Source: Dendrobates tinctorius (lineage: Eukaryota). Taken from it: DNA of 64,000 bases. A program made the translations under genes and the position numbers. Positions 1 to 12,400 of this stretch are shown here, in pieces. Positions within the stretch are counted from its first letter, which is position 1. Each line of letters opens with the position of its first letter. Below the pieces are notes generated by a model, which made no database searches, was not told the DNA's origin, and saw only the letters and a program-made list of their open reading frames with translations. Where the stretch lies: contig NW_027361677.1 of assembly GCF_039654945.1 (NCBI RefSeq), forward strand, positions 21,762,001-21,826,000. Direction: 5' to 3'.

Positions 1-1
1 C

Positions 2-7
2 TTTATT
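2..7 (-). promoter_or_regulatory. Candidate polyadenylation signal AATAAA of TERF2
   Basis: tttatt on + at 2-7, ~230 nt downstream of the TERF2 stop codon. Confidence 0.6.
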
Positions 8-239
8 AGAGAGGGGAGCGGGGTATAACAAAACGTGGTATGGACAGAGCAACGCGGCCAACGGTGACCCCTCAGACGGTCAGGGTAGAGAGAAGCATGG
101 GTCCAGGGACTTGTAAGGCTCCTCTATCATCATGGCACGTGACGTGGACGGCGGCTCCGGATGATACAGACGTGTGTCCTGCACACAGTGACCAGTCTCC
201 CAGAGACGATATATGGTGGATATTTAAAGGGGACCGCCT

Positions 240-398
240 TCACAGCAGAGACAGCTTCTTCATCGTCCTCCACCGGTCCTTTATCATGCACGGCGTGCGG
301 TCCTTGAACGGATACTTTTTCAGGATTTGCACCCACTTGCCTTCGCCAAATTTTTTGACGCCCGACCGGATCCATTCAGACTCTTCTACTGACCATTT
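240..398 (-). CDS. TERF2: TERF2 last exon, Myb/telobox DNA-binding domain
   Basis: [52 protein letters not shown]; acceptor ttgttcag at 399. Confidence 0.97.
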   Translation of the reverse strand, partial: KWSVEESEWIRSGVKKFGEGKWVQILKKYPFKDRTPCMIKDRWRTMKKLSLL

Positions 399-1671
399 CT
401 GAACAAAAAAAGAAAAAAAGTCAGCGCATGCTGGGAGTTGTAGTTCTGCAGGAGGCCGACCCCTATAGTATCCAGCTCGCACCACTAGCTGACCCTGGGC
501 AATACCAAGCTGTAATGTGGGAGTGGTCACATGACCGCCCGATCAATGACGATCCGGACCTCGCACACTGCGTGTTCCGGGACTCTCAGAGAGGGACGAT
601 GGGTGAGAGAGGCATTCTGTTCTTTCAGTTGATTGTCTTTTTGGATACTCACTGTTGATGCCAGGCAGCTATTTAGTGGGAATTCTCTTCCCTTTGTTCG
701 CACTAGATGATTGACTTTCTTAGGTTACATTGAGACATTTGCACTTCAGGCTGCAGTGATTTTGTTTCTCCCACCTCTGTATGTATCTACGGCCCGCTCT
801 ACATGGTTCCTTCACCTGAATCTTGTATTGCATGTTTTCATGAAACTTTCTGTGATGTCTTTTATATCTGAATAAAATGTTGATTTTTTTTTTATTTTAT
901 CTACATTTTTTCTTGTTTTCTTGGGTCTACACTCTGGTATTTTGTTTACTACTAGTCAGTGAGTGTTCCAAATTGGAATTTTCCTTGGTCCCTTTATGAC
1001 TTTATTAGAGGACCGATTACGAGACAGTGATGATGTACTCTGTTCTAAATATATTTTTATATATATATATATATATATGATTCGCCAATCTGCAGTTACA
1101 TGGGGCCACTGCACAACTTTTGCTCCCTTTAACCCCTTCACCTCCGGGACCATTTTTAGTTTTTTCTCCCCTTCTTCCAAGAGCCATAACATTTATATTT
1201 TTCCATCCTCATAGCCGTACGAGGGCTTGTTTTTTGTAGAACAAGTTGTACTCTTGAATGACACCAATCATTTTCTCATTTTTGCACTGCAAAGCTGGAA
1301 AAAAATTTCCAACTGCGTTGAAATTGCAAAAAAAAAAAAAAATTTAAACTTTTTTCCCACTTTTTACTGTAATTAACAAACCCTTTAAGGGACGTGAAGC
1401 TGCGATCATCTGATCGCAGGCAGAAATCACAATCTATGAACGTCTGCTACAGGCTGGCTTTCACAGGAGGCTTGTAATGACAAGTATGGGGGCATCGGCA
1501 GACCTGCGTCATGTCAGTAAGGAGTTAAAAGAAGTCGCTTTATGAGGCCGTTAGATCACGAATCCCTTTAAGTGTTCCATATGCAATCTCCTATCATAAG
1601 TGCACACATCATATTTTACATCCAGCGGCATATCCTAGACACAAGGGAGACCCCCGCGGCAGCCATCTTAC

Positions 1672-1709
1672 CTTCTTTTTAGCAGTGCCGACTCGAGAGT
1701 CTGAAGATC
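1672..1709 (-). CDS. TERF2: TERF2 exon 9 (38 nt)
   Basis: ttttcag|GA TCT...AAG AAG|gtaaga; phase 1 to 0 fits both neighbours; (R)SSDSRVGTAKKK. Confidence 0.88.
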
Positions 1710-2083
1710 CTGAAAAAAAAAAAGAAAAGTTTCTCACTGGTGAAGGAGGAAAAATTTCCTGTAAAGTTTACTGGAGCCGCTGCTTACTTAAAGGGGTTGT
1801 CCACACGATATAAAGTTTACTAAGCAAAGATCGTTTGTGCTATATACAGCATTGCAGCCCGGCCGGACCCATTGCTGCACCACCTATAACCAGTGCTGTG
1901 CTGGTCAGGCATTGGGGCATCATACATTACCTGGGGGGGCGTTTAACCTCACCATGTCCCAAATCTCCTGCCGGACCCTCTAGCAGTAGAAGCCCTCCTT
2001 TATCACACATTTCACCAGGTAGGGAATTTGGTTGGGGGGGGGTGGCAGAGTTTTCCTGTGACTGAGGAGTCGGCGGCACTTAC

Positions 2084-2169
2084 TGCTCCTGTGAAACAGC
2101 TCCTCCTCGTCGCTCCAGGTGTCCAGCTCTTCCCCAGGATTCGGCCTGTCCGAGGCCGGATTATCAGTT
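2084..2169 (-). CDS. TERF2: TERF2 exon 8 (86 nt)
   Basis: cccgcag|...|gtaagt; contains the conserved acidic motif DTWSDEEELF. Confidence 0.92.
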
Positions 2170-2818
2170 CTGCGGGGGAGGGACCAAACACAACACATCA
2201 CTGGAGATCCGGCCTCTAATGCTGCACTCACATATCTGCCGAATCTAAAGGGGATTGTACATTCGGTGGGAGTCCGGGCACAATGGGGCACTGTCATCCC
2301 CTTCACAATGCACACGTATGACCGCCGCTCCATGTAGTGAAAACGAATAAAAAAAATGTTTTTAATTATTTAATTCACAACTTTGTTTAAAGGAACAAGA
2401 CGGCGGCAGCAGCAGCGGCGCGGGCATACAGTAGCGGCTCCATACACGCGGGGGTCCCGACCTACTGTGCATAGTCATCAATGTGTGGGAAGGGCTCATG
2501 CGGTTATGGGGTCCGATCGCTGGGAATTTTGATTCTGGCTACAGAATGGAGCGTCAGGTCTGATCAATCTGTTTTCTAGGGGGCTGCAGGAAAAAGCCCT
2601 ATGGGGGACGGCTGGCGCAGGTCGGTGTTATTTGTACACATTTTTTGCTTTGCAACCAGCGATTTAATGTTCCCTTTGAGCATCTGAAAAATGATAACAT
2701 TACATTTTTGGGTTATAGGTCATCATGTGATTTTACAGGTTTCTTTTAGCCTCCATTCAGACTGGTCAGGTTCTCTGTAAATCGACCTGGTGGGTAATAA
2801 GACACATGACAAGCTTAC

Positions 2819-3226
2819 AAGATTTTTGTTTTCTTCCTTGGGACGGGTGAACCGATCAGTGTCCGGACAGGCTCATTGCTGCGCTTCGGCTCCTCCTTGC
2901 TGACGGTCTCCACTTTATCTTCCTGCTCTTCGCTCTGGTTTTCCTGCTGACTGTCCTGTTCCATTACCAACTGCTGGAGAGACACCGAACATGTCCGCTG
3001 TGCCATCTCCTGTATGATGGCCGCCTCCTCTCTGGGGGAGCAAGCACGGGGGCTCTTACTGGTTTGCCTTTCAGCAGAGACCCTGTGTAGACAGGCGTCC
3101 TCCCTACAGAAGTCTGTCTCACAGAGGAGTCTGAATGTTACATCGGGATTGTCATCTTGACAGAGTAATAAGAACTGAGACCTTATGGCAGACAGGCTGC
3201 ACGAGGGGCCGCAGTCCACGTCTGAC
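2819..3226 (-). CDS. TERF2: TERF2 exon 7, hinge with RAP1-binding-like and TIN2-binding-like motifs
   Basis: ctccag|...|gtaagc; SLSAIRSQFLLLCQDDNPDVTFRLLCETDF (RBM-like) and SLQQLVMEQDSQ (TIN2-binding-like). Confidence 0.92.
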
Positions 3227-3467
3227 CTGGAGGGACGAGAAGGACATACAGCTCATCAATCCCAAGGCAAACCTGGCTGCTTTCATCTGTCTATGCTGCA
3301 ATACCACGCACCACCTGTACACGAGGGTGGCGCCATCTAGTATAGAAAGCAGCCATGTTTCTCAACCCCTTTAACTATATACAGAAGAGCTTATCCATGA
3401 CAAATGGCTGACTGTGTACATTACGGGCCCCCGAAATACTCCAGGGTTCTTCCGTCACTGTACGTAC

Positions 3468-3643
3468 CCCGCTTCCTTTTCTCGGCTCGTGCCTTCATTG
3501 CTCTGTGATGCTGCAGTCAGACCATCGGCTGTGGGGGTCTTGTCCTTGGGAGACGTAATTCTGGGGCTTGGCTCACGTTGCGGCTCTGGGTTTGGAGCTT
3601 CCTCTGACTTTTCGTTCAGTTCTGCAGAATCTTTTTGTGCAAG
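3468..3643 (-). CDS. TERF2: TERF2 exon 6
   Basis: tttttaag|CTT GCA CAA...|gtacgt; phase 0 to 2 fits both neighbours. Confidence 0.85.
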
Positions 3644-3752
3644 CTTAAAAAAGAAAAAAAAAAGAAGCAAAGTGTGAACGCGGCTTTAAGCCAGCGCTTC
3701 CTCCCGGACCACCCATTCATGGATCATCAAGTGACGGACCGCCGACACTTAC

Positions 3753-3899
3753 GGTCAGTAGGAAGGAGGGAATTCTCTGCATTTTGCTCTCGCACATGTC
3801 GTAAATCTTTTCTTTCATTGTAGACAAGGAAAAGTTGGCGATGAGCGGATGCTTCACGTTCTTCTCCTGGATGATGCGCAGCAGATCGCCCCACAGCTG
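3753..3899 (-). CDS. TERF2: TERF2 exon 5 (TRFH C-terminal part)
   Basis: QLWGDLLRIIQEKNVKHPLIANFSLSTMKEKIYDMCESKMQRIPSFLLT; donor gtaagt; NAGNAG acceptor. Confidence 0.94.
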
Positions 3900-4039
3900 C
3901 TGAGAGAAGACAGAGACGATCCGAAAAACTGCGCAACAGAGATGTCGAAAAGTGGCTAATCCCGGGCGTCCATTTATAAAGATGGCTCCTGACAGATCCC
4001 CTCCCCGGGTGACGTGTACGCCGGGCGGCCGATACTCAC

Positions 4040-4126
4040 TTGGGTATTGTTGCTGCTTGGGAGGAACTTCTTCAGGATTTTCTTGGCTTTGCCAAACTGC
4101 TGCTTCTGTATACAGATGACCACGGC
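4040..4126 (-). CDS. TERF2: TERF2 exon 4 (TRFH)
   Basis: AVVICIQKQQFGKAKKILKKFLPSSNNTQ; ttccag| and |gtgagt. Confidence 0.95.
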
Positions 4127-4156
4127 CTGGAAAAGACAGGACGACGCAGCAACACG

Positions 4157-4160
<4 letters not shown>

Positions 4161-4188
<28 letters not shown>

Positions 4189-4197
4189 TATTATTAT
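4161..4197. repeat. (TAT)n microsatellite
   Basis: Direct inspection. Confidence 0.9.
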
Positions 4198-4584
4198 TCC
4201 ATGGCGCTTTACATGTGAGGAGGGGTGTACATAATACATACAAGTATCCGATGTAATGCAGGACGGGCGGCCATACTCTGCGGGGGCCGAGTCCGCAGCT
4301 GCGTCTTTAGGGGACACTTACTTTCCTGCTCCTAAAACCGAGCAGAGGACGGTGCTGGAAGAGGTAGAAGACAGAAGCGGTTTATAAATGCTTCCGGCTT
4401 CTGAGGGCTCGCGTACGCGACCGATCTTCTCAGACAGCACTGGTGCCTATGATATTCTACGGGGCTGTGCGCATGTCCGATTGTTTTCCTCAGACCGAGG
4501 GATCGGCAGAAAAAAAGTGGGAGACGTCTGATTTTGATCTGAGTGTCAATAATGCAAGTCTATGGGTCAGTGAAAAAAAAACCA

Positions 4585-4697
4585 CGGGACAGGGCGCTGC
4601 AGGACAGGGCGATGCGGGACAGGGCGATGCGGGACAGGGCGCTGCAGGACAGGGCGCTGCGGGACAGGGCGCTGCAGGACAGGGCGCTGCGGGACAG
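4585..4697 (+). repeat. 15-bp G-rich minisatellite (ggacagggcgctgcg), ~7.5 copies
   Basis: Direct tandem repetition within a TERF2 intron. Confidence 0.9.
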
Positions 4698-4779
4698 ACA
4701 AAGGGGTTGTCCACAGAAAACAAGTTAACTCACTATAAGACAATTTGTTTTGCACCCCCAAAAAAGAAATCCCCCTTAC

Positions 4780-4901
4780 CGCCTCTTTCAGCATTTGCTG
4801 GTTGGTATCGATGAGATCAGCAGGGAACGACTCCTTCATTGTGTCCATCACTTCGACAGCCGATTCCAGCGGAGTCCGGTTGTCTTCATCAAACGTAGAG
4901 T
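4780..4901 (-). CDS. TERF2: TERF2 exon 3 (TRFH)
   Basis: (D)STFDEDNRTPLESAVEVMDTMKESFPADLIDTNQQMLKEA; ctcag| and |gtaagg. Confidence 0.95.
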
Positions 4902-5052
4902 CTGAGGATACAGAAATAATGGCTGATTTATAGGAGGACGGCGAGCGATTCTCACCAGGGCGCACCGGGTCTGCGCCAAATCAAGGCAGTTACCGCCTGC
5001 GCGGTTTCCCGGGGCGGAGCGGGGGCCTCCTTCATACACCCACCTTACTTAC

Positions 5053-5148
5053 CGAGATCGTCCCCTTCTTCCACACAGGCGAAGAGCCGCATGATGCGCA
5101 GAAGTTTGGAGTTCTCCTTCGCACATTTGAAAGGTCGCTGGATTAAAA
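5053..5148 (-). CDS. TERF2: TERF2 exon 2 (TRFH)
   Basis: (I)LIQRPFKCAKENSKLLRIMRLFACVEEGDDL; ttacag| and |gtaagt; too short to appear in the ORF track. Confidence 0.94.
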
Positions 5149-5306
5149 CTGTAATAAAAAAAAATTAGAGGAGACAAATGAGACAGAAGCGCGGCCGGCG
5201 ACATTTCTGGGATTCGCTATTTTAAAGCTGAATGATTGTTAGCCCCAACTACATGGATTTAAGTGAGAAAAACAAAAAACGGTCCCAAAAGGAACAACCC
5301 CTTTAA

Positions 5307-5778
5307 AGGGAATCTGTCACCAGAAGTTGGCGGCCTGTGTAAATGGCCTGTGTTTCTTCTTTTTTTCTCCACTCTATCCGTGGCCCCAGTCCGCGATCTT
5401 TTCCAGAATTCTAGTAGTTCTACTCCATAGTTTGCGCATGCGCACAGCTATCTTGCCAAGCGCAGTATGCTTTGCCCAACTGCGGGCAAAGCCGAAAATC
5501 ATTACTGCACATGGTCCACTATGTCACGGAACATACTGTACCGGCGCATGCGCAGTAATGATTTTTTGCTTTGCCCGCAGTTGGGCAAAGCATACTGCGC
5601 GTGCACAAGGCAAGATAGCTTTGCGCACGTGCGAACTATGGAGTACAACTACTAGAATTCCGGAAAAGATCGCGGACGGGGGCCACGGATGGAGTGGAGA
5701 AAAAAAGAAGAAACACCGCCCATCGGACCGGACACAGGCCATTTACATAGGCCGCCAACTTCCGGTGACAGATTCCCT
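5307..5778. mobile_element. TTAA-flanked palindromic MITE (T2/Kolobok-like)
   Basis: ttaa|AGGGAATCTGTCACC...GGTGACAGATTCCCT|ttaa; the arms are near-complementary over almost the full length. Confidence 0.85.
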
Positions 5779-6482
5779 TTAATTATGGGTTTGGAAAAAA
5801 GTCAGCAAGGCATTATGGGACATGTAGTTCAGAGCACATAAATCCGTCACTGTGATATATTCTCTGCACTCTACAGCCGACGCCCGAGCCTAACCGCAGC
5901 GATCGGAGCACTTTAACCCCTTAGATGCCACAGTCAAATGACACCGCAGCATTTAAGGGGATGGAAATGGAGGAAAGTGTCCCTTCCGATATGATTGCAG
6001 GGGTGCCAATGGCGATATCATCACTGCCAGTGGTCTAATGAAGACCACCTGAGTCTGCCACGTTCGTACACCTAAGACTGGTCATTTTACAATACAGTGC
6101 AATATTACAGATAACAAAAAATAATATTTTTCAAATATTTAAAAAAAAAAAAATTCCTTTAACACCCCCTCATGATCTGCTCCCAGGACGTAAAAATAAT
6201 TAATAAAAAACAACAGTAAAAGTAAAAAAGTCCAGTAATAATGCGCCACCTGCTGGCAACTTCCAGCAAAAACAACATTGGTAAAACTGCTGTAAGGCTG
6301 TGTGCACACGATGCAGATTTGCAGCGGATTTTACCGCTCAGAAACATTGCATTTCTGCATTGTGATGTACAGTAGCCTTAAAATCAATGTTAAAAAAAAA
6401 CGATGTGCAATCATTTGACCTGCGGATTTCTTCCATTCTGCGCGGAAAAATCCGCAGGGCAAAAAGTACGTCTGTACTCAGC

Positions 6483-9400
6483 CTAATAGTGCGCCACCTG
6501 CTGGCAACTAGCAGTATGTAAATAACATAACCTGTAACAGTGCGCCACCTGCTGGCGCCTTCCAGTAAATAACATATTGGTAGAACAATACGGTAATGCG
6601 CCACCTGCTGGCAACTTGCAGTAAGTAGATAACATCCTGAAATAGTGCGCCACCTGCTGGCGCCTTCCTGTACATGAATAATATATCCGGTAATAGTGCG
6701 CCACTTGCTGGCGCCTTCCTGTACATGAATAATATATCCGGTAATAGTGCGCCACCTGCTGGCGCCTTCCTGTACATGAATAATATATCCGGTAATAGTG
6801 CGCCACCTGCTGGCGCCTTCCTGTACATAAATTACATATCCTGTAACAGTGCACCACCTGCTGGCACCTTCCTGTACATAAATAATATATCCGGTAATAG
6901 TGCGCCACCTGCTGGCACCTTCCTGTACATGAATAATATATCCGGTAATAGTGCACCACCTGCTGGCACCTTCCTGTACATGAATAATATATCCTGTAAC
7001 AGTGCGCCACCTGCTGGCACCTTCCTGTACATGAATAATAAATCCTGTAACAGTGCGCCACCTGCTGGCACCTTCCTGTACATGAATAATATATCCTGTA
7101 ACAGTGCGCCACCTGCTGGCACCTTCCTGTACATGAATAATATATCCTGTAACAGTGCGCCACCTGCTGGCGCCTTCCTGTACATGAATAATATATCCGG
7201 TAATAGTGCGCCACCTGCTGGCACCTTCCTGTACATGAATAATATATCCTGTAATAGTGCGCCACCTGCTGGCGCCTTCTGTACATAAATAATATATCCG
7301 GTAATAGTGCGCCACCTGCTGGCGCCTTCCTATACATAAATACCATATCCTGTAACAGTGTGCCACCTGCTGACGCTTTCCTGTACATAAATAATATATC
7401 CTGTAACAGTGCGCCACCTGCTGGCGCCTTCCTGTACATAAATAATATATCCGATAATAGTGCGCCACCTGCTGGCACCTTCCTGTACATAAATAATATA
7501 TCCTGTAACAGTGCGCCACCTGCTGGCGCCTTCCAGTACATAAATAATATATCCGGTAATAGTGCGCCACCTGCTGGCGCCTTCCTGTACATAAATAATA
7601 TATCCTGTAACAGTGCGCCACCTGCTGGCACCTTCCTGTACATGAATAATATATCCGGTAATAGTGCGCCACCTGCTGGCGCCTTCCTGTACATGAATAA
7701 TATATCCGGTAATAGTGCGCCACCTGCTGGCACCTTCCTGTACATGAATAATATATCCTGTAACAGTGCGCCACCTGCTTGCACCTTCCTGTACATGAAT
7801 AATATATCCTGTAACAGTGCGCCACCTGCTGGCGCCTTCCTGTACATGAATAATATATCCGGTAATAGTGCGCCACCTGCTGGCACCTTCCTGTACATGA
7901 ATAATATATCCGGTAATAGTGCGCCACCTGCTGGCACCTTCCTGTACATGAATAATATATCCGGTAATAGTGCGCCACCTGCTGGCGCCTTCCTGTACAT
8001 GAATAATATATCCGGTAATAGTGCGCCACCTGCTGGCGCCTTCCTGTACATGAATAATATATCCGGTAATAGTGCGCCACCTGCTGGCACCTTCCTGTAC
8101 ATGAATAATATATCCGGTAATAGTGCGCCACCTGCTGGCACCTTCCTGTACATGAATAATATATCCGGTAATAGTGCGCCACCTGCTGGCACCTTCCTGT
8201 ACATAAATAATATATCCTGTAACAGTGCGCCACCTGCTGGCACCTTCCTGTACATGAATAATATATCCTGTAACAGTGCGCCACCTGCTGGCGCCTTCCT
8301 GTACATGAATAATATATCCGGTAACAGTGCGCCACCTGCTGGCGCCTTCCTGTACATGAATAATATATCCGGTAACAGTGTGCCACCTGCTGGCGCCTTC
8401 CTGTACATGAATAATATATCCGGTAACAGTGTGCCACCTGCTGGCGCCTTCCTGTACATAAATAATATATCCGGTAACAGTGTGCCACCTGCTGGCGCCT
8501 TCCTGTACATGAATAATATATCCGGTAACAGTGCGCCACCTGCTGGCGCCTTCCTGTACATGAATAATATATCCGGTAACAGTGCGCCACCTGCTGGCGC
8601 CTTCCTGTACATAAATAATATATCCGGTAATAGTGCGCCACCTGCTGGCGCCTTCCTGTACATAAATAATATATCCGGTAATAGTGCGCCACCTGCTGGC
8701 GCCTTCCTGTACATAAATAATATATCCGGTAACAGTGCGCCACCTGCTGGCGCCTTCCTGTACATGAATAATATATCCGGTAACAGTGCGCCACCTGCTG
8801 GCGCCTTCCTGTACATGAATAATATATCCGGTAACAGTGCGCCACCTGCTGGCGCCTTCCTGTACATGAATAATATATCCGGTAATAGTGCGCCACCTGC
8901 TGGCACCTTCCTGTACATAAATAATATATCCGGTAATAGTGCGCCACCTGCTGGCGCCTTCCTGTACATGAATAATATATCCGGTAATAGTGCGCCACCT
9001 GCTGGCGCCTTCCTGTACATGAATAATATATCCTGTAACAGTGCGCCACCTGCTGGCACCTTCCTGTACATGAATAATATATCCTGTAACAGTGCGCCAC
9101 CTGCTGGCACCTTCCTGTACATGAATAATATATCCTGTAACAGTGCGCCACCTGCTGGCACCTTCCTGTACATGAATAATATATCCTGTAACAGTGCGCC
9201 ACCTGCTGGCGCCTTCCTGTACATGAATAATATATCCGGTAATAGTGCGCCACCTGCTGGCACCTTCCTGTACATGAATAATATATCCTGTAATAGTGCG
9301 CCACCTGCTGGCGCCTTCCTGTACATAAATAATATATCCGGTAATAGTGCGCCACCTGCTGGCGCCTTCCTATACATAAATACCATATCCTGTAACAGTG

Positions 9401-12400
9401 TGCCACCTGCTGACGCTTTCCTGTACATAAATAATATATCCTGTAACAGTGCGCCACCTGCTGGCACCTTCCTGTACATAAATAATATATCCGATAATAG
9501 TGCGCCACCTGCTGGCACCTTCCTGTACATGAATAATATATCCTGTAACAGTGCGCCACCTGCTGGCGCCTTCCTGTACATAAATAATATATCCGGTAAT
9601 AGTGCGCCACCTGCTGGCGCCTTCCTGTACATAAATAATATATCCTGTAACAGTGCGCCACCTGCTGGCACCTTCCTGTACATGAATAATATATCCGGTA
9701 ATAGTGCGCCACCTGCTGGCACCTTCCTGTACATGAATAATATATCCTGTAACAGTGCGCCACCTGCTGGCACCTTCCTGTACATGAATAATATATCCGG
9801 TAACAGTGCGCCACCTGCTGGCGCCTTCCTGTACATGAATAATATATCCGGTAATAGTGCGCCACCTGCTGGCACCTTCCTGTACATGAATAATATATCC
9901 TGTAATAGTGCGCCACCTGCTGGCGCCTTCCTGTACATAAATAATGTATCCGGTAATAGTGCGCCACCTGCTGGCGCCTTCCTATACATAAATACCATAT
10001 CCTGTAACAGTGTGCCACCTGCTGACGCTTTCCTGTACATAAATAATATATCCTGTAACAGTGCGCCACCTGCTGGCACCTTCCTGTACATAAATAATAT
10101 ATCCGATAATAGTGCGCCACCTGCTGGCACCTTCCTGTACATGAATAATATATCCTGTAACAGTGCGCCACCTGCTGGCGCCTTCCTGTACATAAATAAT
10201 ATATCCGGTAATAGTGCGCCACCTGCTGGCGCCTTCCTGTACATAAATAATATATCCTGTAACAGTGCGCCACCTGCTGGCACCTTCCTGTACATGAATA
10301 ATATATCCGGTAATAGTGCGCCACCTGCTGGCACCTTCCTGTACATGAATAATATATCCTGTAACAGTGCGCCACCTGCTGGCACCTTCCTGTACATGAA
10401 TAATATATCCGGTAATAGTGCGCCACCTGCTGGCGCCTTCCTGTACATGAATAATATATCCGGTAATAGTGCGCCACCTGCTGGCACCTTCCTGTACATG
10501 AATAATATATCCTGTAACAGTGCGCCACCTGCTTGCACCTTCCTGTACATGAATAATATATCCTGTAACAGTGCGCCACCTGCTGGCACCTTCCTGTACA
10601 TGAATAATATATCCGGTAATAGTGCGCCACCTGCTGGCACCTTCCTGTACATGAATAATATATCCGGTAATAGTGCGCCACCTGCTGGCGCCTTCCTGTA
10701 CATAATATATCCGGTAATAGTGCGCCACCTGCTGGCACCTTCCTGTACATGAATAATATATCCGGTAATAGTGCGCCACCTGCTGGCACCTTCCTGTACA
10801 TGAATAATATATCCGGTAATAGTGCGCCACCTGCTGGCACCTTCCTGTACATGAATAATATATCCGGTAATAGTGCGCCACCTGCTGGCACCTTCCTGTA
10901 CATAAATAATATATCCTGTAACAGTGCGCCACCTGCTGGCGCCTTCCTGTACATGAATAATATATCCGGTAACAGTGCGCCACCTGCTGGCGCCTTCCTG
11001 TACATGAATAATATATCCGGTAACAGTGCGCCACCTGCTGGCGCCTTCCTGTACATGAATAATATATCCGGTAACAGTGCGCCACCTGCTGGCGCCTTCC
11101 TGTACATGAATAATATATCCGGTAACAGTGTGCCACCTGCTGGCGCCTTCCTGTACATAAATAATATATCCGGTAACAGTGCGCCACCTGCTGGCGCCTT
11201 CCTGTACATGAATAATATATCCGGTAACAGTGCGCCACCTGCTGGCGCCTTCCTGTACATGAATAATATATCCGGTAACAGTGCGCCACCTGCTGGCGCC
11301 TTCCTGTACATAAATAATATATCCGGTAATAGTGCGCCACCTGCTGGCGCCTTCCTGTACATAAATAATATATCCGGTAATAGTGCGCCACCTGCTGGCG
11401 CCTTCCTGTACATAAATAATATATCCGTTAACAGTGCGCCACCTGCTGGCGCCTTCCTGTACATGAATAATATATCCGGTAACAGTGCGCCACCTGCTGG
11501 CGCCTTCCTGTACATGAATAATATATCCGGTAACAGTGCGCCACCTGCTGGCGCCTTCCTGTACATGAATAATATATCCGGTAACAGTGCGCCACCTGCT
11601 GGCGCCTTACTGTACATAAATAATATATACGGTAACAGTGCGCCACCTGCTGGCGCCTTACTGTACATAAATAATATATCCGGTAACAGTGCGCCACCTG
11701 CTGGCGCCTTCCTGTACATGAATAATATATCCGGTAATAGTGCGCCACCTGCTGGCGCCTTCCTGTACATGAATAATATATCCGGTAATAGTGCGCCACC
11801 TGCTGGCGCTTTCCTGTACATGAATAATATATCCGGTAATAGTGCGCCACCTGCTGGCACCTTCCTGTACATGAATAATATATCCGGTAATAGTGCGCCA
11901 CCTGCTGGCGCCTTCCTGTACATAAATAATATATCCGGTAATAGTGCGCCACCTGCTGGCGCCTTCCTGTACATAAATAATATATCCGGTAACAGTGCGC
12001 CACCTGCTGGCGCCTTCCTGTACATGAATAATATATCCGGTAACAGTGCGCCACCTGCTGGCGCCTTACTGTACATAAATAATATATCCGGTAACAGTGC
12101 GCCACCTGCTGGCGCCTTACTGTACATAAATAATATATCCGGTAACAGTGCGCCACCTGCTGGCGCCTTCCTGTACATGAATAATATATCCGGTAATAGT
12201 GCGCCACCTGCTGGCGCCTTCCTGTACATAAATAATATATCCGGTAATAGTGCGCCACCTGCTGGCGCCTTCATGTACATGAATAATATATCCTGTAACA
12301 GTGCGCCACCTGCTGGCACCTTCCTGTACATGAATAATATATCCTGTAACAGTGCGCCACCTGCTGGCGCCTTCCTGTACATGAATAATATATCCGGTAA

